Positions 51,509-64,000 of a stretch of 64,000 bases of DNA are shown here, piece after piece (position 1 is the stretch's first letter; every line of letters starts with the position of its first letter). Below the pieces are notes generated by a model. It was not told where the DNA came from, ran no database searches, and was given only the letters and a program-made list of their open reading frames with translations. A program made the position numbers and the translations under genes. The stretch covers positions 202,492,001 through 202,556,000 of the forward strand of contig OZ024742.1 of the NCBI GenBank assembly GCA_964016885.1, written 5' to 3'. This DNA is from Eledone cirrhosa. Its lineage: Eukaryota.

Positions 51509-53384
51509 TTATTTAAAGTAATCCAACTTATCTTACTAACGGGATAAACAAATATATAACGGACACTGTCCCGCAATCCTCCCTTTATTAAATTATAGTA
51601 AGGAAGTTATATTATAGTAAGGAAGTTATATTATAGATAGGAAGTTAGTCTTTGTGTGTTGCATGTTGAGTATAACGTAAATTGTGCTGTACACGTCGAC
51701 ATTTTACGCGGAAATAAATCTCTCTTTAATTTGGATTCAGGGCTCTGCTGTTTCTCGTGTTGAAGAGGGCAAATTATCGAACACTCGGTCACCCTCCGAT
51801 AGGTTTATGGTCGAACCTGTTGCACTACCGACTTCCGGCGTGCTTGACTCCCAGACCACCTCCCTACTCAACACTATCGGGGTGGAGTTAGCCACCCGCA
51901 GGAGTGAGTCCCTGCGAGTTGGAATGACTATCCCAATGAGTTTTCCCCTGCCATCCTCCAAGAAAGCGTTTTCTCCATTTTGTCCTCTTTCATAGTTTCT
52001 CTTTCTCCGACACTCTCTTTTCCGTTCCCTTCCTCTCTCCCACCCTCACCCTCTCCCACCCCTTCTCTTCTCTCTCTTTCTCTCTCCTTATTTTTTGTCT
52101 CAAAGAATTTGATTGCGTTTAATCCTAGAGTGAGATGGGCTCTGCCAGGTTTTAAAATACTTAAGAGATGCCATGCTGTATGTCACTACGGTGACCCTAC
52201 AATTCCACAAGGATTTAAAGGCCCATTGCTTTGCATTGCTAAACAAGTGGACTAGAGCACCTCACACTCCTTTTCCCCATCTTACTGTTACTCCAGCAAG
52301 TTGCTGCAATTATTTTCAGTTAAAACCTGGGGTTGGTGCACTTATATAATATATTTTAGAAATATATTACTAGTGATTTAATTTTTCTTTTTACTTATAT
52401 TTTAGAGTGGGAAGGGTAGTGTCTAATAAGGTTTACATGATCCCCCAATACTAGTCAAAGGTAGAAAAGGAAAGGGGTGTCCGTAAAATGGAAACTTAGT
52501 CCCTCGTCCGAATATTTGTTCCACAATTAACTCCGGCGAAGATGCACAAAGGCGAGGTGGTAGTTTTAAACCGGGCGACAAATTAAATCTATCACTAAAA
52601 CAGATCACAGGGCGATTTACAACAGAGTGCATCCCACTAAATTCACTCAAAATGTCAGTGGTGATGTTAAGCATTTTGTTTGGCATTTCTAATGAAAGTC
52701 ACTTCATAAAATTTTAGAGTTAATAAATTTCTCGGTATTAAGCTGATCTTTGGAACATAACTTAACAAAATTACTTACAGATGCATTTTGGACATTTTTC
52801 GTTTTTAATTGAGTAATTCACCGAAAGTCATAACTTGACCTGTCTTTGTCTCTACCTGTTTTGTTCCGTCCCAATATGCAGTGGAATAAATAGTATCAAT
52901 ATTAATCCCGCCGAGGTTAACTTTGCCTTTCATCCTTTCGCGTGATTTCCAAAGGCTGAATGAGATCTGACTGTCCATTTTCCAGTTGTCGCTTAGCCTT
53001 TGTCAAGGCAGAATTCTAGGAGAAGGAAAACTCTGATATAACACCTGCAACCTTGATGGTATCCAATGATGTTGACTTGTTCTTCTTTTTGGTAAATATC
53101 ATCTTGGTTAAGAGAGTGGGACTGGCTTTGTGCAGTGCCTTTGCTCACTATAAAAGCTTCACGGCACAGGCATTGCTTTATATCTGGAGATCTCTCTGCA
53201 CTTGTCCTCACATGGTACCATGGGCCCAGCACTATGTGTCAATAATTGTCACAAGTGTAGTGTTTGTACCAGAGTTTTCAAGTCGCTGGCTGGACTAAAA
53301 AGTCACACTCATGCAGCGCTTCGGTAGGGGTTCTCCTACATGGATATAAAGTAGTGGCCGTACTCGAAAACGAGTTGGCAGCCA

Positions 53385-53463
<79 letters not shown>

Positions 53464-53562
53464 GTATATATATATAAGCAAAAAGGATATTCAATTTGTT
53501 GGTAATTCAACAAATATAAATGATTCAGAGCACTCGACAGTTTTCTGGTGTATAATATTCAA

Positions 53563-53792
53563 TAATATTAAATAAATGGAAACTATATCCCGCCGAGGTT
53601 GACTTTGCCTTTCATCCTTACGGGGTCGATAAAATAAAGTACCAGTAATGCACTGGGTATTTGCTGGCCTTGTGCCTAAAGTAGAAACAAGTATATTTAT
53701 AAAACCATATTTATTCTATTATATATATTTCAAGGGTACCAAAACTTTGGTGCACTTTCATCAGATAAAATACAAAGTTTGTTTTATAAATG
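53563..53792 (-). mobile_element. Family H2 arm with hammerhead (53712-53772), interrupted by a 5'-truncated SINE (53589-53691, plus strand)
   Basis: The minus strand reads TATTTTAT-CTGATGA-AAG..CTT-GAAA-TATATA-TA-ATAGAATA. The SINE splits GGAAACTATAT|TTATAAAACC with an apparent TATAT duplication. Confidence 0.8.
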
Positions 53793-53953
53793 TTGGCATA
53801 ACCAAGAAAAGATACCTTAACTGTTCAAGTTTTTCTTGGATAGTGAAGGAAAAGAGAAGAAAAGTCAGGTATTTCAAATTATTGAGATGAGTATGCAAAT
53901 GAGGTTGAGGTATAGGGCTGAAAAAACGTTATTTTAGACGCTATGCAGAATTT

Positions 53954-54842
<889 letters not shown>

Positions 54843-55093
54843 TATATGTATATATATGTTTACAATAAAGTGGACTCCACTAAAGACCTGCAAAGATGGT
54901 GGTGTTATGCCAGGTGAAGGGATAACTCTACCGCCCTACAATTAACACTATTTAACATAGTTTAACGTTTAACTTACATTACGTATGTTATCAGCAATAT
55001 AATGAATTGATGATTAGCACATTTCTCTGGAGTTATTTCTACAAAAACACTGATGAAAGATAGGTGTTAAGTATATATAAATACACGTGCGCG

Positions 55094-55221
<128 letters not shown>

Positions 55222-55557
55222 TGCATGTGTGGCTGTCGTGGGGCTGGTAGTTGTTTTAATGATAGTTGTGGTTGTTGTGGTGGTTGAATATTCGAGAAGC
55301 GCTATTTATAGCAAGTTATGTTTTTTAGATTCCTTTTAGATTCCTTTAGTCTACTTTCTCTCCTTTCATTCATTATAAGAAATAGTGAGGGTGGTGCTGA
55401 CGTCTATAGGTCATATAGAGAGAGAGACAGAAAAGACAAATGTACAGTGTGAGAGTTTAAAACGTAAAAGAAAAGGAAAAAAGAGAAGACGCATTGTGGA
55501 CATAAAATATATTAAATAAATGTAAAACCTGTGTGTGCAATACGCATATACATATAT

Positions 55558-55832
55558 CCTAAACCGACGGTAGTCGGTTTAGTAATATTGTTGTCTTAGT
55601 GATTTCGTTGGCAATCGTCTCTTTACAGCATTATTAGAATGTCTTCCGATTATCAAAATCACATGAAAGTTATATGAGCATGGAGAGTAAATCATTGCAC
55701 ATCTCTTAAGCTAAAAATCTCGAAATTTCGTTCAGCACAAAAAAAGTTATGATCAAAGTTTGCTGAAAAAAACTGTGTTCAAGTGAGTAAGTGAGTGAGT
55801 AAGGGTGACGCTCTGTTATATATATTTATATT

Positions 55833-55883
<51 letters not shown>

Positions 55884-55964
55884 TTATATTTATATATATA
55901 TATATTTATATTTATATATATATATATTTATATATATATATTTATATATATATATCTATATATT

Positions 55965-56002
<38 letters not shown>

Positions 56003-56036
56003 TATATATATTTATATATATATTTATATATATATT

Positions 56037-56067
<31 letters not shown>

Positions 56068-56342
56068 CCTAAACCGACGGTAGTCGGTTTAGTAATATTG
56101 TTGTCTTAGTGATTTCGTTGGCAATCGTCTCTTTACAGCATTATTAGAATGTCTTCCGATTATCAAAATCACATGAAAGTTATATGAGCATGGAGAGTAA
56201 ATCATTGCACATCTCTTAAGCTAAAAATCTCGAAATTTCGTTCAGCACAAAAAAAGTTATGATCAAAGTTTGCTGAAAAAAACTGTGTTCAAGTGAGTAA
56301 GTGAGTGAGTAAGGGTGACGCTCTGTTATATATATTTATATT

Positions 56343-56375
<33 letters not shown>

Positions 56376-56472
56376 ATATATATTTATATATTTATATTTA
56401 TATATATATATATTTATATTTATATATATATATATTTATATATATATATTTATATATATATATCTATATATT

Positions 56473-56508
<36 letters not shown>

Positions 56509-56530
56509 TATATATATTTATATATATATT

Positions 56531-56561
<31 letters not shown>

Positions 56562-56562
56562 T

Positions 56563-56657
<95 letters not shown>

Positions 56658-56970
56658 ATTTATATATATATATATTTATATATATATATATTTATCCTAA
56701 ACCGACGGTAGTCGGTTTAGTAATATTGTTGTCTTAGTGATTTCGTTGGCAATCGTCTCTTTACAGCATTATTAGAATGTCTTCCGATTATCAAAATCAC
56801 ATGAAAGTTATATGAGCATGGAGAGTAAATCATTGCACATCTCTTAAGCTAAAAATCTCGAAATTTCGTTCAGCACAAAAAAAGTTATGATCAAAGTTTG
56901 CTGAAAAAAACTGTGTTCAAGTGAGTAAGTGAGTGAGTAAGGGTGACGCTCTGTTATATATATTTATATT

Positions 56971-57003
<33 letters not shown>

Positions 57004-57100
57004 ATATATATTTATATATTTATATTTATATATATATATATTTATATTTATATATATATATATTTATATATATATATTTATATATATATATCTATATATT

Positions 57101-57136
<36 letters not shown>

Positions 57137-57146
57137 TATATATATT

Positions 57147-57177
<31 letters not shown>

Positions 57178-57178
57178 T

Positions 57179-57271
<93 letters not shown>

Positions 57272-57306
57272 ATTTATATATATATATATTTATATATATA
57301 TATATT

Positions 57307-57343
<37 letters not shown>

Positions 57344-57799
57344 ATATTTATATATATTTATATATATATTTATATATATTTATATATATATATATTTATA
57401 TATATATATATGTTTATATATATTTATATATATATATGTTTATATATATTTATATATATATATATGTTTATATATATTTATATATATATATATGTTTATA
57501 TATATTTATATATCCTAAACCGACGGTAGTCGGTTTAGTCCTAAACCGACGGCAGTCGGTTTATAGTAATATTGTTGTCTTAGTGATTTCGTTGGCAATC
57601 GTCTCTTTACAGCATTATTAGAATGTCTTCCGATTATCAAAATCACATGAAAGTTATATGAGCATGGAGAGTAAATCATTGCACATCTCTTAAGCTAAAA
57701 ATCTCGAAATTTCGTTCAGCACAAAAAAAGTTATGATCAAAGTTTGCTGAAAAAAACTGTGTTCAAGTGAGTAAGTGAGTGAGTAAGGGTGACGCTCTG
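55558..57799. repeat. Four tandem copies of a 258-bp unit (55558, 56068, 56696, 57514) separated by TA/TTTA spacers
   Basis: Each unit starts with the hairpin CTAAACCGAC-GGTA-GTCGGTTTAG and ends GGGTGACGCTCTG. The copies look identical, except that the fourth duplicates the hairpin. Confidence 0.95.
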
Positions 57800-57839
57800 T
57801 GCATTTGATGCATCTCTTGGGACCGGTCAGAGGAGGATA

Positions 57840-58415
57840 AGGGGTTATTCGGGGTGCGGCGCTTATTCGAACCCTCCCCCAGTGACTGCGATTATTCGGG
57901 GTGAGACGCTTATTCGAACCCCCCCCCCCCCCGCTTATTCGAACCCTCCCCCCAGTGACTGCGATTATTCGGGGTGCGGCGCTTATTCGAACCCTCCCCC
58001 CAGTGACTGCGGTTATTCGGGGTGCGGCGCTTATTCGAACCCTCCCCCCCAGTGACTGCGATTATTCGGGGTGCGGCGCTTATTCGAACCCTCCCCCCAG
58101 TGACTGCGGTTATTCGGGGTGCGGCGCTTATTCGAACCCTCCCCCAGTGACTGCGATTATTCGGGGTGAGGCGCTTATTCGAACCCCCCCCCCCCCCCCC
58201 ACAGTGACTGCGGTTATTCGGGGTGCGGCGCTTATTCGACCCCCCCCCCCACAGTGACTGCGATTATTCGGGGTGAGGCGCTTATTCGAACCCTCCCCCA
58301 GTGACTGCTGTTATTTGGGGTGAGGGTCTTATTCGAACCCCCCCTAGTGACTGCGGTTATTCGGGGTGCGGTGGTTATTTGAACCCCCCCCCCCCCCAGT
58401 GACTGCGGTTATTTT
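57840..58415. repeat. GC-rich ~48-bp minisatellite
   Basis: TTATTCGGGGTGCGGCGCTTATTCGAACCCTCCCCCAGTGACTGCG is repeated about 11-12 times with a variable poly-C run. Confidence 0.95.
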
Positions 58416-58987
58416 TTTGAATTTGAATTTTAAATGTTGATACAATGTGGCAGTAAACATTAATCATTGAGCTAATTAGGAGCTATTATGTTCTCCTATC
58501 TCGCGATAAGTGGTCACACGTTGCAAACTAGTTGAGGTTGTCTTCTATTTATATTCAAATGAGTAATCACTCACTGCATTGTTCTCTTTCAAAGCAGTCG
58601 CTGATTGATATACTAGAAATTCAGAAAATCATTTGGATTTGTACTAATAGTTGTGAATAGTTGTGCTATTTTTTGTACCGATAGGTGCGAGTAGTGAACT
58701 CATTTGCGATAGGTGCGAATAGTGTGCTCATTTGACATATGAAAATGACGTCTCTCGGCTTTTTTATCGGCTTATTTATTTTGACTATTACAAATGAAAA
58801 ATTTGTTTCCCTGCAAAAGTCTCGCCAAAATGGTCGCAAAAAAAATCGCAAAAGGTCACTTCATACGTTTCGCGGCTTTCGAAAAAAGTCACCATATACG
58901 TTTCGCGGCTTTTTGATCGGCTTATTACTTTTTTGCCTGGCGCGAAAATGCAATACAGTTGTTTTTGGACTATGAACACTCAAATGA

Positions 58988-59320
58988 TGAAATCGACAAA
59001 AATGGCGTGTGAGAAGAAAATCAAAAAATTTGCATATGAAAAATCGACAAAAAATGGCGCGCGTGAAGAAAATACAAAAATCCAAAAAAAATTATCATGT
59101 GAAAAATTGACAAAAAATCGACAAAAATGGCGTGCGTGAAGAAAATCCAAAAATCCAAAAAAAAATTATCATGTGAAAAATTGACAAAAAATCGACAAAA
59201 ATGGCGCGCGTGAAAAAAAATCAAAAAAACCCAAAAAAATTTGCATGTGAAAAATTGACAAAAAATCGACCAAAAATGGCGCGCGTGAAAAAAATCCCAA
59301 AAAAATTTGCATGTGAAAAT
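58988..59320. repeat. A-rich ~72-bp minisatellite
   Basis: AAATCGACAAAAATGGCGCGCGTGAA..CATGTGAAAAATTGAC is repeated about 4-5 times. Confidence 0.9.
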
Positions 59321-59789
59321 TGATATTTGCCTTCTATTGCATTAGAATTTGTCATGTTTAATTAAAATGTTATTTTCAACTAAATGCAAATGGTGCAAAT
59401 TTGCTCCATTTAGATTCAGTTGTTAATGCTCACCTACTAATTTAAAAAAATTGTATTTTCTTAAATGACTCTTATTTATCATAAGTTAATATTTTTAAGA
59501 TAGGTGAGTGCTCCACGATCTGACCTATGTCCCCGCCATGTGGAGTGGATGCTTGTACCAATTAGATAAAATATCTCAACTTATTTCTGTGACTCCAATG
59601 CACAGGCTGACACTGTAGCTTGAATTAAATTCAAAATTGGTACAAGTAACTAAGAGGTCACAAAAGAATAGCTTCACTTTCACCTATAGTTTTCATTAAC
59701 ATCATTTTTGGGATTTTTTGATAGAAGTAACTAAAGTAATAACTATTTAATTAAGTAGTTGTTGTTTGCATTGCCTTGAAAAATAGGAA

Positions 59790-60906
59790 ACTAGCTAGAA
59801 AAATGCGTACAGCAAAAAAAAGTAATATTGTTGGAACAAACCTTTAAAAATACAGGACAAGGAAGTAAGATAAACCTTTAAAAATACAGGACAAAGAACT
59901 AAGATAAAACTTTAAAAGAATAGGACAAGGAATATAAATTTTTACAATAATATTAGTGGCAAAAATTTTATTGGAAAAATAGATAATTGATCAAATAAAA
60001 GTGATTTATTTGAGTAACATGAAATTACTTAATGAGAAATATCAATACAATGAAATTGATCCCTGTCTTGTGTTCCTCCTCCAAGTCCGAGTTGTACCAA
60101 CTGGTTCATTGGTTCATGAGGAAGTGGGCCAGGAAAAATGTAGGAAAAGTCATCATGGTTCATTTCTGTTCTTCCCTTCTACTCGAGCCCCCTCAGCGCC
60201 TGCATCCCCCAGCTACAATGACTCCCAAATCAGCAGTCTGTTGCTCCTGCACCAACGCCTCCACCTCCTCCCCCCTCGTCGCCTGCTTCAACTTTCATCA
60301 TTGCTGCGCCAACATGCCCAGTGCTGTCTGGAAGTGGTTCAACGAGTCCGGCGCCGGCTTCACCTGCTTCAAGTGCTCTCCCAGGAAGAAGCACTCTGCC
60401 CTATCCACCTGCCCTTCTATCACTGCCCATGAAGCCAGTCCGGAACCGTCAACCGTGCCTCAAAGTGTCATCGAGGACCAGCAGGATTCCGAGTCGAACA
60501 CGGGCCCATTCACCTTGGTCACTCGCCGTCATCGTCCCAGAGTCAAGACCCGTACCCCTCCCTCTCCCCCTCCAGTTCCTGCTCCGACCCAGTCCGAGTT
60601 GCGCCGGGTCATCCGCGAGGAGTTGGACCGGGAAAGATGACAGACAAGTGATCATGGTTGGAGTGGATGCATGCGGAACATCATAGTTGTAATTGGTGTA
60701 ATGATGGAAACTCAATTTTTTACCAATTGAATTTTGCCACTAATATTATTGTAAAAATTTATATTCCTTGTCCTATTCTTTTAAAGTTTTATCTTAGTTC
60801 TTTGTCCTGTATTTTTAAAGGTTTATCTTACTTCCTTGTCCTGTATTGTTAAAGGTTTGTTCCAACAATATTACTTTTTTTTGCTGTACGCATTTTTCTA
60901 GCTAGT
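59790..60906. mobile_element. Element with ~177-bp terminal inverted repeats (59790-59966 / 60731-60906), non-autonomous
   Basis: ACTAGCTAGAAAAATGCGTACAGC... versus ...GCTGTACGCATTTTTCTAGCTAGT. The TIRs contain ~32-bp internal subrepeats (AAACCTTTAAAAATACAGGACAA). Confidence 0.88.
60218..60640 (+). pseudogene. CR1/L2/Jockey-type LINE ORF1 N-terminal fragment (PHD-like finger, then 'VIREELDRER')
   Basis: MTPKSAVCCSC..VAC..FHHCC..WF..FTCFKC is a degenerate PHD pattern, followed by LRRVIREELDRER as seen in LINE ORF1 before the RRM. It forms a GC-rich island inside AT-rich TIRs. Confidence 0.6.
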
Positions 60907-61084
60907 ATGTATATGTTTGAATATCCCACCAAGTCGGTGGTTCTTGGACTCCTGGTGGAATTGTAGGGTATTTAAACCATCGCATTCCAGTTCTGAACAC
61001 ATCCAACTTCTTCCAGAGAAGAAGAAGAAGAAGAAGAAGAAGAAGAAGAAGAAGAAGAAGAAGAAGAAGAAGAAGAAGAAGAGA

Positions 61085-61126
<42 letters not shown>

Positions 61127-62159
61127 AGGAGGAGGACCGACTCCAAATATTGTATTCATATTTCATTTACGGACCCCGAAATGATGAAAGGCAAAGTTGA
61201 CCTCGGCGATATTGGAACTCAGAGTGTAGAGCGCCAAAACCAACAAAACCAATAGTGTAATATCAATAAAGATTTATTTAATGCATCATTACAATCAAAG
61301 TCACGTAATTGATTGATGGGAAATAAGTTTTAGAAACAAACCTGTTAAAAGGCCTTTCTCTCTTTCTGGTAGAGTTGCCCATTACTGTTTAGAAGAAGAA
61401 ATATGAAAGATGTTTATATTAATCTATTAATCTATAATCCTTTCGATGTATGATGTGTTGAATTAGATAAATACATATACAAGTATTATTCACCTAAGGT
61501 TACATAATTAATGTGAAACAGCTATAAACCAGGCCGAGCTAAGCACGCAATCTTCATTCTATATAGCATGCATACTATTTTCCCCAGAGCAAACGTTATG
61601 GCTAGCTTATATTTATCGACCCAATCTAACAGCGGAAGAGCGAAAAAGAGAAGAGGTCTCGATGTAGTATTTGATTGTTTTAGTTCGATAGAAAGCAAGG
61701 AAAACCAGGCAAATCTCCCTCGTATAACAACCATATTTATTTGAAAAATAAATATGATTGTTATAAAATAAATATGGTCATAGTTAAAATGATTTTCAGC
61801 ATTGGTTTGTTAGATCAGAATTGACCTAGGGTTCAAGAGCAACAATAGTAACATCAACAAGAAAGAGCTCACGGGCCAACTTATATTTACAAACCCTCAC
61901 TGACACCAACAAACGCACACACGCACAGAAACGCACACATACAAACGCATATATCTATATATTAAAAAGAACAAATAAAACAATTAAACAAAGCAGTTGG
62001 TCAAACAATTCCCTAGGTAATAAATGCATACATACATATATACATACAAGAAATACTTGATTTGACCAATACAAGCAGAATTTTATTTATCTTTTCGTAT
62101 ATCAATATACATAAATGTTTCTACTTTTGGCACAAGGCCAGCAATTATCTCAGTGTATT

Positions 62160-63119
62160 TCTGTCTGTTTGTGTGTTTGTTTGTTTGTTTGCGGATTTGT
62201 TTGTGAACTTAAAACTCAAAAAGTACCAAACTGATCTTGATGAAACTCGACACGCGTGACGTACTTTGAAGTCCCAAAAAATTTATAATTTCCAGTCTTC
62301 ATCGATTTTTTATAAATCAATAGGATATTTGCATTCAAATGCTTTTATGAATGATATTTTCTGCCATCACTTTTAAAGTTCTCAACCGATTTCCTTAAAA
62401 ATTGAAACACAGATAAATTATGTACAAAGGATGGCGTTATTATCCCAGACAACTCGTGGAAGGCAAAAAAGCCGCACAAACCTATTTTTCATTTGGTTTG
62501 TTACTTCTGATATGAGCAACCAATTTGCTTTAAACTGTACAGGAGGATTATTTCTGTATCAATAAGGTGTTAAAAGTTTTCCCAGGGCACCTTAATAAAG
62601 CGAAAACACCGCAAATATCTAATGTCGCAAATGCTTTCTTCAAACATCATAGATACACCACTTATGTGCAGTGATGGTTTTTCCAGCGGGACAGAGGGCT
62701 GTACAACAATGGAATGGATAACAATTGAATTTGCTCTCCACGGGCCGAGTTTTACCCAGACAGGTGAGATTTATGGGCTCTAGTTGGGTAATGCGGGGGT
62801 ATTTTCCAAATATGTATACCGGGCAGAACCCTTTGCGAATCGAAAAGAAATCTTCAACGAGCCACAGTTGACACGCGGGACGTAAGAATATTTAAAAATT
62901 ACCTACTCAACCTAGGCTGGATCATCTTTGCTGCTAACATATATTTAACCGAATGCAACATCTGACAGGACGGATAGAAGGCCTCTGCGAGTCGCATTAA
63001 CAAGTTGGCCGTGGTGTGTACATCCCCGGTGATGACCGTGTTTTCCTATAACAAGTGTTATTTCTGCACAAACAATAATTGTATTACTTAAACCCTAGCA
63101 ACGCTGCGTACCTCAGTTA

Positions 63120-63120
<1 letters not shown>
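62160..63120 (+). mobile_element. Possible non-autonomous Helitron relic
   Basis: The GTCTGTTTGTGTGTTTG..AAACTGATCTTGATGAAACT head and the 3' end CCCTAGCAACGCTGCGTA..CAGTTAG|T resemble the Helitron hairpin+CTAG end. Both are degenerate. Confidence 0.4.
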
Positions 63121-63197
<77 letters not shown>

Positions 63198-63249
63198 CTG
63201 TTTAAGTTTGTGTGTGTGTGTGTGTGTGCGTGCGTGTGTGTGTGTATTC

Positions 63250-63586
<337 letters not shown>

Positions 63587-63619
63587 TTATAGGTATATAT
63601 ATATATATATATTTATAGG

Positions 63620-63650
<31 letters not shown>

Positions 63651-64000
63651 ATGTATGTATGTATGTATCTTGGTGCTACTGGTAACATGTATCCCAGTAC
63701 AACCTGTCCCATGGTCGGGTCGTTGGCGACTAAACTGGCAACCCCACCAAGGTTTCTTGGTGAGGAGGGTGACTTTGGACATCATGCAGGACTAAAAACA
63801 AAACCTGTCAAAGGGCAAAGGAGTTCTTAAGAGTCAATGGCCATCCAAAATCACCGGGAGAGATGACCCCTTAGCCTTTGTCAAGGCAGAATTCTAGGAG
63901 AAGGAAAACTCTGATATAACACCTGCAACTCTGATGTTGACTTGTTCTTCTTTTTGGTAAATATCATCTTGGTTAAGAGAGTGGGACTGGCTTTGTGCAG

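Noticed and set aside
51684-52260. Host exon or LINE 5' region (74-aa minus ORF)
   Set aside because: No recognisable domain or convincing splice context. A short similarity to 60950 (GTGGAATTGTAGGGT) is too weak to call.
55558-58415. CRISPR-like repeat/spacer array
   Set aside because: Units are 258 bp with microsatellite spacers, or contiguous minisatellites. The context is eukaryotic and there are no cas genes.

Overview
AT-rich, microsatellite-dense animal genomic DNA. The tRNA-derived SINEs and the (TA)n/(CA)n/(AAT)n density suggest an octopus-like cephalopod, which is an inference. No host protein-coding gene is recognisable, and almost all identifiable sequence is retroelement-derived. 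1-14.9 kb is a cluster of non-LTR retrotransposons separated by (AAT)n tracts: two minus-strand Tx1/L1-clade elements, three R4/Dong-like RLE elements and SINEs. 15-55 kb is dominated by Penelope-like elements (PLEs; Naiad-type and other GIY-YIG types) sitting in (TA)n tracts, mostly as inverted-repeat structures. The most notable signal is a continuum of fold-back elements, from multi-kb PLEs down to ~200-bp hairpins. They follow one plan: two outward-reading inverted arms plus a one-sided tail, with minimal type I hammerhead ribozyme motifs in intact, variant-core, long-stem-II and half-hammerhead forms. 55.5-59.3 kb is a complex tandem array. 59.8-60.9 kb is a TIR-bounded element carrying a LINE ORF1 PHD-like fragment. 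All alignments and folds were done by eye, so boundaries are approximate.
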